Below are positions 53,001 to 64,000 of a stretch of DNA of 64,000 bases, piece after piece; within the stretch, counting starts at the first letter, position 1; each line of letters begins with the position of its first letter. Origin of the DNA: Ylistrum balloti (lineage: Eukaryota); contig NW_026781955.1 of assembly GCF_031769215.1 (NCBI RefSeq), positions 1,116,001 to 1,180,000 of the forward strand, in the 5' to 3' direction. A program made the translations under genes and the position numbers. The notes under the pieces are model-generated. The model was not told the origin of the DNA. It made no database searches and saw only the letters and a list, made by a program, of their open reading frames with translations.

Positions 53001-56000
53001 AACATGCTCGTTCATTATAATCGCGTACCTTTGGACGAAGTCTTCGACATTCATGCGAATAGAAAAGTCTTTTCTCTTGAATGGATTGATATCGATTCCA
53101 AAACGTTCACTAGATCTGGATGTTAAAGTCCCAGTTTCTGAACCGTCACCATGGTAACTGCTTCGATCAGAACTAGGCTTCATCAACCTTTAAAAATAAA
53201 TTACATAAAAAAATAGATAACATTAAAAGACAAAAAACATTGAAAACAAAAAAGAAAAAAAAACAAAGAACAAACATTAAAAATCTTAAACTCAGCACAT
53301 TTATCAAAACTCATAAAAATCATCATGAAATGCTTGTATTAGAAATCATTCAAATGACACATGCGCACAAGATTTTGAAACCGGAAGTTACGTTATAGTT
53401 TTTTTTTATCTGTGGATTGATACTCAGTATATATATCACCAAAATACGTAAAATAAGATGAAAATACAATTGGCTGGCTTATCTTTTCTACATACGTATG
53501 GAAGTACATGTTGCCTCAGGGGTCAGACACTGGTCAATTTTATTCGGACACGACATTATTACCATGTACAGTATCCAGACCACTGACAGTTGTGTACAAA
53601 CACCAACCTTCCTGTGATATCGTCCTATGTTATATTCGTCACTCTCAACAGTGAAATGTACATTATTGGAATCCGGCGTCCGTCGTCTTATTAATTCTTA
53701 CAATAACTAACAGTTCATAATAGAAAAGCGTTTTGTAATCTTGGAAAACATTTACAATCAAATTTATCATTACGTTCAACATTTGAAGCTTAATGTGTGT
53801 TGTTTAATGAGCATGCATCCTCTGACAATTAGCTCCCGTAAAATGATATTGTCCGGCACTATTCGAATAATAAGTGTCCTTTTATTATGCTTCTGTACTG
53901 GTAGGTGTATTCAGCTATCCACCAGTCTGGGTTTTTTTCTACTCGTCTTGTACAATGTAAGATTTTTTTTTTATATAATATCTTAATGTTTTGTATGTGT
54001 TATAATAACCTTTATTGTACTAGTACACTGAATGTTTTTTGTATTTAACTTTTAAACTGATAAGTTGTAAGACTTTAAGTAAATAAACATTCGGAAGGTA
54101 GCACATGTGGATAAGTCATTGACATCTAGTACAATGGAAGCTAAATCCTATATTTACATGTATTGTTAATCTAAATTTAACACTTACAGACAGCAAGCGG
54201 GATTTAGACTAAATATTCTCTCTAGAATGGGGATATTCGGAAATCGTTTCCTTATTCTGGTCCGGAAAATATGGTGTTATGAACACCATTATTTAGTCGG
54301 TTGATTATTCGAAGAATATGCACAAGATATGGTGGTCCATGATTATGATAACTGTGAAGATTCTGACTTTGTATTTAAACGTAATTTGATATTACGAAAC
54401 TCATGAATAAATAAATAAATAAATAAATAAATATAATAAAATAACAACAAATAAATAGATAAATAAATAAACAGAAATTAGATGGATATACAATATAAGA
54501 AATATTTATCATTGCTTTACATGGGAAAAGAGGTGTGTCCAATTTATATAGCATACACCCTTAATACACACGAGACGTGAACAGACGTCCCATCCACGTT
54601 TAAGGCATTACAGATGGCCTAAGTATGATGACCACTAGCCATATTGTATTATCTGATGTAGATTACGTACGTTAATTGAAATCGACAATAGAAAGATTAC
54701 CTGGAAATCCATTGTTTAGAGTCGGAAACTCTGTGAAAAAGTCCATTACGTGATTTCTGAAAGACAAAACATATTAACTTTATTGTTTGCATCCAAGGTA
54801 AATGGGGGAAATGAAGAAAGAACTCTAATCATGTTTTTTGTTCTTCAAGGAAAAAATAGTCAGCAAAACTATATTGTGACATAAATTGTTCACGTTCAAC
54901 TAACAAAAAAATTTGATTTGTAAATTCAACAGTTCAATTTGTTTGTTGGTTTTTAATTTTTATTTATTTAGTTTTTTTTTTAATTTAAAAAAATTGTGAA
55001 CATATTTATTTATTTATTCATTTATAAATTTATTTATTCTATCTTCATGCTGGGTGTACGAAGATCTGTGTGTCGGACTTTGTACAGTGACGGAAGTCTT
55101 TTCTTACTGCTGGCTTTATATGAAGTGTCCGGCTGACTTCAGACATTGACCGGAAGGCTTACCTTATTGCTGGATTTAGAAGCGGTGTCCAGCTGACTTT
55201 GGACATTAACCGGAAGTCTTACCTTACTGCTGACTTTAGGATTGGTGTCCAGCTTATTTTAGACATTGACAGGAAGTCTTACCTTACTGCTGATTTTAGG
55301 ACTGGTGTCCAGCTTACTTTAGACATTGACCGGAAGTCTTACATTACTGCTGATTTTAGGATTGGTGTCCAGCTTTCTTTAGACATTGACCGGAAGTCTA
55401 ACATTACTGCTGATTCTAGAAGCGGTGTCCAGCTGACAATGGACATTGACCGCAAGTCTTACCTTAATGCTGACTTTAGAAGCGGTGTGCAGCTGACTTT
55501 AAACATTGACCGGAAGTCTTACCTTACTGCTGGTTTTAGAAGCGGTGTCCAGCTGACTTTGGACGCTTACTGGTCGAATTTCAGCTGCAGCAACATCACT
55601 TGAAGTAAAGCAGTGAAAATTAACTAAAAAACTGAATAAAGAACTCAAAAGGGAAAGATGACAATTCGTGTGTGTGTTTTTTACCCTCATAAATTTATGA
55701 CTTCAGTAAACTTTGACATCGTTTGCGTGTTTCATATACACGTTTTTCTTAAGGTTTATGTTTAAAAGTAACTAATTATTTTCCCGTTAATTAGTTTAGT
55801 AAAAACGCTTACAGGTAAATTATCTGCCTGTTTGATATATTGTGTTAGAGTGCGGACAGCAGCCCTGAGGCTATCTGACTAATAACTGACAAATGCCTGT
55901 TCTGTCAAGGTAGGTCACGCGATTTTTATCTTACAGAGCATGTGTCCATTCACTTAACAGGAAACCAAAAGTTTCTTGTAATGGTCAGTATGGTCTATTG

Positions 56001-57030
56001 TGGTCAGATATCACACACTGATAAATATTTTGTTTCTTTTAATGACCGCTGGTCAGTTCTGACCAAACCAATAGGATGAAGATTTCGGAACTATTTGTTG
56101 TCGAATTTTTTCCGACTTCAGTTTTAATCTAGCCAAGATTATCCAAACAACATATTTAAACTGTGATTTGTATCAAGGGAAATAAGTCAAACTAGAATCA
56201 TCAGAAATGGATACCCGATGTAGTTTAATCACGACAAATCGTACTGAATGGTAAACCAATTTTATAAGGTGTTAGGTAATAGTTGATTGAGAAGAAAACC
56301 TGATGATTTCCTTGTTGTAAAATCTTGGTGTTGAAGTTTCATCTAGATCTTCATTTAATTCTTCGTCCGATGTCGCAATACTGGCACAAATTTCCTCCAA
56401 ACTTTTACGCATTTCCTCAAAGTTTTCGGACCTAAGACAGACAAGGATTATAAAAGTCTACATTTTTTTTCAAAATGTACACGTTTTCGAAATTAATTGA
56501 TTATCATGAAAAAATAACACAAACTTTCAATATTGAAAAGTTGGCTGAGAAGAATTTTTTTTAAAAATCCATTAGATAAACGTATAAAAGACACGAAACC
56601 TTCATTTAATATTTCCAGTTCGCATTTTCTGATTAAATGACCGCTTACAAATTGCGTCTGAAACGAAAGACATTTACACTTATTTCCATGTCAGTTTTCA
56701 TTTTAATGTGCCATAAAGAAGAAGAAAATAATAGTTTGTTTTAAAAGTGATGAGAATAACATTAAAATTATACTGTAGCATTGGTGTGTTATCATTTTGG
56801 TCTAAAACGCCCTCAATACATGGAATTTATCAACAACGCGATGAAATACTTAGTCCAGTAGGTGTCACCAAGCCAGAAAACAAATTCGTTTACCTGAACG
56901 TGCTCCCAAAGTCAGACGTTTGGAGAGTGTCCGTGTCTTCACTGAAATCGTTATTACGTGACGGTGCGTTGTCATGGTTACCAGATTTCTTGTCATCATC
57001 GTCTTTTAAGTCTGGTAGTTGAAAAAGTTC
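32520..57030 (-). CDS. CHS: Chitin synthase (GT2, animal type) with a vestigial myosin converter segment and an acidic N-terminus; spliced
   Basis: Hand-traced exons in transcription order, all phase-compatible: 56894-57030, 56300-56431, 55523-55598, 54701-54756, 53029-53187, 45135-45246, 44035-44379, 43491-43546, 43154-43331, 41852-42001, 39968-41232, 39371-39604, 39026-39105, 38618-38720, 37671-37824, 37173-37388, 36373-36508, 35748-35948, 32520-34486 (TAA). Motifs: CATMWHE, HVFFDDA, KIRHKKRWSQ, MYMYYLLG, LTLDGDVDF, VGAACGRIHP, WYQEFEYAIGHWLQKATEH, GCVLCAPGCFSLFR, QYDQGEDRW, QRRRW, SWGTRE and a C-terminal coiled coil. Exons from 44379 downward are very secure. The five exons above 53 kb rest mainly on splice signals plus frame continuity, and the 56300 donor AG|GTTTTC is weak. 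Confidence 0.92.
35013..35077. repeat. Compound (TA)n(TG)n microsatellite
   Basis: About 10 TA units followed by about 21 TG units. Confidence 0.95.
38263..38376. mobile_element. Short MITE with 14-bp TIRs including TA termini
   Basis: 5' tacagtcgaacctc versus 3' gaggttcgaatgta: 13/14 inverted match. Confidence 0.7.
42033..42222. mobile_element. MITE (same family as 19116-19304)
   Basis: Starts tactgtataagtcatatattttcgcgg and ends ctcacgaaaattaatgcagta. Confidence 0.55.
42634..43075. repeat. 25-bp minisatellite (gcgaacctttgtacagaaatggatc), about 17-18 copies
   Basis: 25-bp period with two interspersed monomer variants (…cagaaatggat… and …cattaattgat…). Confidence 0.92.
44701..45138. repeat. 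51-bp minisatellite whose unit contains the chitin synthase splice donor
   Basis: tgacatcat starts at 44711, 44761, 44812, 44863, 44914, 44965, 45016, 45067 and 45118; each unit reads CAAG|GT(G/A)AGT on the - strand. Confidence 0.93.
45380..46035. repeat. 39-bp minisatellite (acatcacacgggacagcggcccacatatcttcccacatt) with a decayed left flank
   Basis: Near-identical copies at about 45790-46030; increasingly diverged copies toward 45380. Confidence 0.85.
54406..54470. repeat. (AAAT)n microsatellite, imperfect
   Basis: Run of ataaataaataa… with interruptions. Confidence 0.8.
55081..55565. repeat. 60-bp minisatellite made of the exon 3' end plus intron start of chitin synthase exon 55523-55598
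   Basis: Eight consecutive 60-nt lines (55081-55560) are in register; the last unit overlaps the coding exon and its donor AAG|GTAAGA. Confidence 0.93.
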
Positions 57031-60000
57031 CTGTTTATAACAGAAATCAGACACATATCATGCACTGTGACGATGTGTAGAATCAAATTGTTATCTGTAT
57101 ATAGCTATTAATATCTATATATTTCCATAGTTAACGTCACCCCTCTGATTTTAAATATCGATATGGCGTTGTATTATATTATTAAGTATCAGACATTTAT
57201 TCAAAACTTTACACTGCAAAATTTTGTTTACGCTTTATCTTTCCTATTAGTTTGATTTAACATTGAGAAGACGTAACGGTCACATTCACAAGTCATGCTT
57301 TTGTGTTTTTCATAACCAAACACCCCATGTTCTCGTGATTTTTAAAGTGCTTGTCTTGATATAAACATGGCATTGCTGAATGTCACTTACTAAAGAAAGG
57401 TTATTTTTCCTTCCCTTGTTTACAACTTGTTGTAATACACCTATCAATGTACATGTTTTTGTTGGTCATTGATTCACGAACTGTCCTCGTGTTGACATTT
57501 TCGGTGTACTATAATTTTAGTGCCTTTCGCGTTGCCTTTCGCGTTGCCTTTGATGCGCTAGTTTACGTTAGGCAATAATTCCAGTGCTATCTGTGTTCCA
57601 AAGTCCAAGGAAAAAGTGATCGCGCACTGTTTAGGTATTAAGAACTAGCACTAGACAAAAAAACCTATATCAATGTAATGAAAGGTGCTTATATAATCGA
57701 AATTTACTGGATATGTTATTCAGTGACCATTTATAATTGGATTTACAAATCATGATATAAAAACAGTTTGGAAATCAGCGAAAAATTAAATGTTTTATAG
57801 TATACTTGATACGCTTCAATTATACAGATCAAAGTTGTCTTTCAAAATCAAAAGAACAATCAATTTGAAACGGCATTACGTCAATAGCTTGAAATAAAGT
57901 TTTAATTTTAAATATTCGTATCATTTTATGAATTGGTGAAATTCAGGAGATATATTCTAGTTTGTCTACAGTATTGTATCATTTAGAACCTTTCAATAAA
58001 TCTGAAAACCGATAAGTTCAGAAGTCTTTAGTTTTGGGGAAAAATGGAGAAAAAAATCTGGTATGTGTCTTTTATGGGATTAATGACCCGCGATTAGCCA
58101 GGGTCGTTTTGAAGCGTTTTGACAGATCAGTCCATTTTCCAGCTTTCTGAGAACACCCCATCACGGGTAGGAAACTCAGAAGGGATAGCAATAATATATT
58201 TTCTCCTTTTTGTATTACAGGATAGTTCGTATATCTTATCCGTGTTTAAGTATGAAATCTTGTTTAAACATTAGATGAACAGGAAGGTAATCTTTGATCC
58301 TGATTGTTTAAAATTTACTTTCCCGAACAAAGTTTGTTAATACAATTTTTAAATTGTGAATGCTTATTTTTTCTTAAAATTGCTTAAGTTTTCTTAACCC
58401 TTCAGAGAGTGTCTTTTATTTCCACATGAATGGAATTTTTGTAGGTCAGGATGTTTTTAACCAATCGATAATCCGTTCTGCGGAAAAGGTACCTCGAGCC
58501 ACTGTTGCCCAAGGGTGATAACACACGCGGCAGTTTGGTTTCTGTAGGGTTTTCTTTTAACACATTGAATTTCAACATTTAAAACCATAAACCAAACGCT
58601 ATTACCCAGCATGTTTGTTCATTGGGTTTGTGCCCGACCAGTTAACTACTAGAAGCTAGAGACTACCTCGATGAAGAACATATGGAAGGCCCGCCGCTTG
58701 CTATGCAAAACAATTGGGGTAAAGTTTCTTGTCCAACGACGTATTAAGAACTATGATATTTAATGGTAATTGAACAACACACCTCGGATTATCATATAAG
58801 AATATACATGGTTTATTTTAACTATGTCGTAAAATACGATAAATCTACACACTATGTGGGTTTATCCATAATTTCGTGTTATATTTGACACAAAACAATA
58901 CATAACAACATATAGGATGATAAGAGGTTAAACAGAAACATAGCATAAGATAAATTCAAATATCGATTAAAAGATAGAAAGTGTTTTATAATAGAATATT
59001 GAATTTTATTATAATAACGGCAAAAGATAAAAACAGGATCACAAATTGGTTATAAATACACAAAATACCGAACAGAAATGAGCTGGATGATCATGGCAAT
59101 TGTTTAAGATATAACTACTCTGTGTATATATCTGTACAATTTTGCATGTTAAACCCCAGATTGCAGATGAAAGAACGAGAAAGTTACATAGATATACTGA
59201 ATAAAACTTCCTTTATGTCTGGTAATAGACTCTCTATCTCTCTATTGTGTGTACTTTTAAGAACTGATGTTCTCTTGGCGCTTTATAGTGTAAAACATTA
59301 ATAATTTGTGTGTGTTTGATGTCTTGTATATTGTTTGTGTATTGTCCACTACTGTCCTAACTGACGGGCCATCAAATGTGCGAGAGCCCGATTTATATCT
59401 ATATACATGGGAATCACGGTGGCCATTTTCTGGCGTTATATAAAGTGATAGGAAAGTCTGAGATTAAATATCACACTTTCAAGAAAAAGAAGGAAAGAAA
59501 ATGTAATTTTGTACTTTTAATGTCTGTTTCATCCGGCATAATTTTTTCTTTAAGCTGATTTTAAAAGTAGCAGGAAGATAAATTGTACAATATGTTATTC
59601 GTCGGTAAAATGATAAGATCACTTAATTCTATAGTTACTACATTGTATTTTTTCATTTCTATCGCTATTATTTAAGAAACCTTACTTCACTATCGCCGCA
59701 ATTTATTTTGTACCATATTCTTTTATAATTCAGAAATCGCGCGAACACACAAGCACAAATGAACAAAAATACCAAATATGTTAACGTAATATAACATATA
59801 TGTAATTCAAAACTAAAAGCGATAAAATTAAGGCAAAATATGAACAAAATTACTCGGAAACTCGTCTAAAAGTAGACCAGATGTTACGGAAGGGTGAGCG
59901 TGTTAATTGTGATTAACGAAATTCACTCTGTACATCTTGGTCAGTCTAAATAAGTAATGTTACGTTACCAAAATGAGAACAATGTATACAACAAAGGAAC

Positions 60001-60368
60001 CAGCAGGCAAGCACATGAACATTAAACACATTAAGATCTTATGTTTTCAAATCATTTCTTTTTATTTACTTTTTAAAATACAGATCGAAATTTGATGTTG
60101 TCTTGGTATTTACTAGTCACGATGTACATCTTTGTCATTCTTTAATGAACATCTTTCGAAGTCACCAATCTCACCCCTTTTCATGAGACTTTCTATTCCA
60201 AGTTGTTATAGCAAATACATGAACAATCACACATTGAATTTAGTGCATTAGGTTTATGTTCTAAAAAGAAATATTTTGCTGGCACTCTTTCAAAGCAGCA
60301 TCACTACAATATAAAATACGGTACGGTATCTTAGGATTACGGAATAATGAGGAGTGGAGGACAATGAA

Positions 60369-60702
60369 ACAGGAACGAAATGAACAGCTAGAACACAAAA
60401 TAGGGAGAGACAGAGTAAGACATATGGGAGTTAGAACACAAAATAGGGAGAGACAGAATAAGAAATATGAAGACACATATTAACAGGAACGAAATGAACA
60501 GCTAGAACACAAAATAGGGAGAGACAGAATAAGAAATATGAAGACACATATTAACAGGAACGAAATGAACAGCTAGAACACAAAACGGGGAGAGACAGAA
60601 TAAGAAATATGAAGACACATTAACAGGAACGAAATGAACAGCTAGAACACAAAACGGGGAGAGACAGAATAAGAAATATGAAGACACATATTAACAGGAA
60701 CG
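60369..60702. repeat. ~70-bp purine-rich tandem repeat, 4-5 copies
   Basis: aacaggaacgaaatgaacagctagaacacaaaa… recurs at about 60369, 60482, 60553, 60622 and (partial) 60693. Confidence 0.9.
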
Positions 60703-60969
60703 GGAAAACAACGTGAAAAGAAAGAACGGGAAATCGGAAAACATGAATGATAAAAAGAAACAGACGCTTAACCTTACAGGAAAAGAAAATAAATAAAGAG
60801 ATAGGAAAACTACCAAGGAAGAGAGCAAAATGAGTAAAAAATCCCACCAGTTCCAGGAATTACGCAAATTTTAACAGCAAGTCTGTCATGCAGCAAATTT
60901 TAAAATCCGTCAAAAAAACGCAAAGACCACAATTATATTACAATATGAATGTATAATGTATCAAGGTAT

Positions 60970-61018
60970 AATACAATACAATACAATACAATACAATACA
61001 ATACAAAATACAATACAA
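60970..61018. repeat. (ATACA)n microsatellite
   Basis: About 9 ATACA units with one interruption. Confidence 0.9.
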
Positions 61019-62437
61019 TGATTTTATCAATTTGTCACCTGTCCATATCAGATATACACAATACATTAGAAATAAAAAAAAATACAGTTTGCATTGAAAT
61101 ACATTGCCACCCAGACAATTAGACCAATGAGACACAATAAATGAATGCGTTCTCTTAAAGGTAAGTAAAACAGGATGTTCTGTGGTACATCAAATATAGG
61201 AAGAAGCTACAAGTTTATGGTAATATTTATTTCCTTCCTATATCACACTGTATAATGGGTTAGGTATCTGTTCGTGTATATAATTAAATCACATACCTGA
61301 TTTCGCGCGTTTCTCGTAATCCAATCCATTGCTCAAAGCAAATATTCAAACATCGAGAAAATACATGATTCGAGAAGAGGAAAACGTCCTAGTCTGAATG
61401 TCAGCAGGTATACTGCCAGCTAAAACGTTTTTGTCTAAACATATATGGAATGTAGTTCGGGAAAAATGACCAGGCTGGAGACGCTCTGGTCAAGTAGCGC
61501 TAAATGACATGGTCATTTATAAATATATTGGAAAAACGTTGGCGTGGACACAACACATCACTCACCAGGTCTTCACGACATGTTCGACTAATGTGTCACG
61601 TGATTATACGTTTAGAGTCACACGTGCATGTGAATGAACGTATCGCTGAATAAACATCGATGTAAACTGTATACCATGTTCTGGAAATTTGGCAAAATAT
61701 GCACAAATATATATATATATATCTATATAAATAAACAGAAGTATGTACAGCGTTATGAGTGTTTGTCGCTTTACACTGAATATACACAGGGGCATTAGAA
61801 CTACTTCTCTACAGCTTTTTTTATGTTTGATTAATTGTGTGGTCAACACAGAAAATCTTGTGCAGTAATGTTCAGGTATGTCTGTTCTGCGTCAGCTGTC
61901 AGAGTGACACACACGGACACTCGGACACTAACTCAGTTCTGTTGTTCTGTTGACCACGTCGTTAGTGCCTTTACAATTTTTTGTCTCCATTTTTGTGACT
62001 GTCGATCTATTAATTCTCACCGATGGATACATGATAACATGGAATATGTGGTTTCACATGTCCCCGCCCCCTACTTTGGCTGAAATGTTCATAGTAACGT
62101 ACTATCTAAATAAGTTTAAATATATTCTCTCTCTCTCTAGAAGTATATACACATACCCACTTCTCGAATAGTAACGGAAAGTTTTAAAGTTCATTCTTTG
62201 CACATAAAATGGTACGACTCAAATACTGTTGAAGGCATTGCTCCTTTATACCCGGGTATGCAGTGGTTATTTTCCACATACTTCCCATTTTTTCTTAATC
62301 ACGTCGTGCCCTTAGTGAATAACATTAATAAAAAAATCACGAAAAAGTCTTGTATCTACTAAAAGTGGAAACGACCAAAATTACATTGCAAATTGAGGAA
62401 AAGTAGCGATATTCAATTCATGATATCACAGTACAAG

Positions 62438-62461
62438 TGACGTCATCAAGTCGTGACGTCA
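62438..62461. promoter_or_regulatory. Tandem pair of palindromic CRE/ATF motifs (TGACGTCA x2)
   Basis: TGACGTCA at 62438-62445 and 62454-62461; a third copy at 63235-63242 sits within the 16-bp palindrome ATTATGACGTCATAAT. Function is unproven. Confidence 0.25.
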
Positions 62462-62673
62462 TAATCAAACTGCAACAATAAAAAGGTTTTCCAACTCTAT
62501 AGTATCTCTGCCTAGATGTCATGGGATTTCCATTGAAAGATTGAATTTTTGATAAAACTGTCGATACGACATATATCATAAATACTCCTATCGCCTATGT
62601 AAGATATGACGCCTCAATGCGGAAATTTTATTTACGCAAGCAACCAAAGATGTCTGCCTGACGGATTTGATAA

Positions 62674-63093
62674 TAAAAAAGACGTGTTTTTGTAACACTA
62701 TGTCCCCGTGGCAACACAATTCTAAAGTACATTGAAACAGTACTGTGTTATGCATGTGCTAATTGCATGCACACTTTTTGAAACACTTATGTCTTCAGTT
62801 TGGTAATTAATTTTTTTTTCACTTTAAAATGTAGGTCGAAGGTCATGATCAAGGTCACATGGTCAAAAAGTCTTGTCACACATACCAAATATTAAAGTCC
62901 TACCTGTTCCGATGCAATAATTATGGCCAATGTTAAAGAAGGTCAAAGGTCACGGTCAATGTAGAATAATTTGATATCTCCGGAAATGTGTTGTTACAAG
63001 GAACAATGACGCCAAATATGAAAGCCCTACCTATTACGGTGCAATAGTTATGGGCAAGGTTAAAGTTGATCTTTCGATCCGGGGGCATAAAAT
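62674..63093 (+). mobile_element. Non-autonomous Helentron/DINE-1-like (pearl/CvA-type) element with internal tandem cores
   Basis: Subterminal inverted repeats tatgtccccg (62699-62708) and cgggggcata (63080-63089), 9/10 match. Hairpin GATC-tttc-GATC at 63068-63079. Two ~127-bp internal cores with ggtca(a)aggtcac and caaatat.aaag.cctacct. Family assignment is from recollection of bivalve repeats. Confidence 0.6.
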
Positions 63094-63482
63094 TACCTTT
63101 CAAATAAAACGTTATCGCATATCTGAAACTACCTTTAAAAACTACTCGATTTCTAAGAACTATCCTGGCACCAGTGTGATTCATGATCTCATGACGAATA
63201 CTATGGTGATGGCCGTAACGTCATAGCAATATTATGACGTCATAATCCCTAAAACTAATAATGTGTTATTATTAATTGACTAATGTCAATGGTTTGTTAA
63301 TTTACCCCAAAACTAAATATGAATTCTTAATATTTCTTCACTAGCAATGTCAATATCGGTATAGAACTGCGTTTAAGTAACTTTTTAATGCCACCTGTAG
63401 ATATTTTAAGTCGTACTCAGGTTTATGTTGCAGGTATATATCTCTGTACAGAGTTCAGTTTGATCTTCTTTCTTGACATTAC

Positions 63483-63623
63483 CTGAATCTGAAACACTGT
63501 GAGGTCCACTATCTCCTGTCTGCAGTAATCTGTTTCTTCTTGTACAAACATACCGCCATTAATTCCGAAAAAGAAATCACTTCCATTTGTACTTTCACAG
63601 TCCGAATCATGATGACCATCCAT
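63483..63623 (-). CDS. Candidate first coding exon of the chitin synthase (MDGHHDSDCESTNGSDFFFGINGG...VFQIQ)
   Basis: ATG at 63623 in the context gctATGG, with an in-frame TGA upstream. The 141-nt frame ends at CAG|GTAATG in phase 0, matching the phase-0 acceptor at 57030, and the composition resembles the following acidic exons. An alternative donor GGCG|GTATGT at about 63554 and an overlapping ORF in another frame make this uncertain. Confidence 0.45.
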
Positions 63624-64000
63624 AGCAAGATTTCCATGACCAGAGTTTGGTCCACTTTGACGAGCTCAACTCGGACCTTACTCACACTGCAGTAGGGCAT
63701 CTGGTCACCTCTACGCAAATGCCAAGTCAGGCCTAAAGGCGCAAATGGCAGTTGTGAAGTAAGGCATGAAATCGAGCTGACCATTGACGGACGATAACAG
63801 TTTTACAGTATTGGCTAACAAGTATCTATCTTTAGATGTTCCAAAGAATTACGATAAGATAAGAACGTGGATAAAATTATTTGGCTAAATGATCAAAGTT
63901 TCCAGTCTTAGACTATTTGAAGGAAAATCCTCTTTTTTTCCTCTGTGGTTACGTCAACATATGCCAAGAGCATCAAAAATCTCTGCTTGCTCTGCTGTTT

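Noticed and set aside
55199-55603. 134-aa 20-residue-repeat ORF on the + strand
   Set aside because: It is the antisense reading of the 60-bp exon/donor array.
56989-57012. DLKDDDDK, 7/8 identical to the FLAG tag and containing an enterokinase site
   Set aside because: Coincidence in an acidic region; embedded in a native exon with no vector context.
58493-58541. 49-nt exon candidate (cag|AAACCAAAC...CTCGAG|gtacct)
   Set aside because: Weak donor, ambiguous frame, and not needed for a continuous model; cannot be supported without transcripts.
42634-60702. Regular repeat arrays as CRISPR
   Set aside because: They are head-to-tail tandem units without unique spacers, in a eukaryotic intronic context with no cas genes.

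Overview
AT-rich, intron-rich eukaryotic DNA. It is probably from a bivalve mollusc; that is an inference from gene content and repeat types. Two large spliced genes face each other tail-to-tail, with about 3.3 kb between their stop codons. (1) A dual oxidase (DUOX) lies on the + strand: 29 exons traced by hand from 5942 to the stop at 29238, about 1,510 codons, all phases compatible. The first exon(s) with the signal peptide and the YDGWYNN motif were not found and probably lie upstream of the window. (2) A chitin synthase lies on the - strand: 19 exons traced from 57030 down to the stop at 32520, plus a candidate first coding exon at 63483-63623. The chitin synthase keeps only a ~70-aa converter-region remnant of a myosin head, preceded by an acidic low-complexity N-terminus instead of a motor domain. 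The introns hold a complete 340-bp TRIM with a tRNA-Thr-like cassette in its LTR (Helenus-type architecture), decayed LINEs, SINEs, MITEs and several minisatellites. Three introns begin with tandem or decayed copies of the preceding exon end and/or its 5' splice donor, and read-through hits an in-frame stop in each case. All gene models and family assignments were made by eye; no database search or alignment was run.
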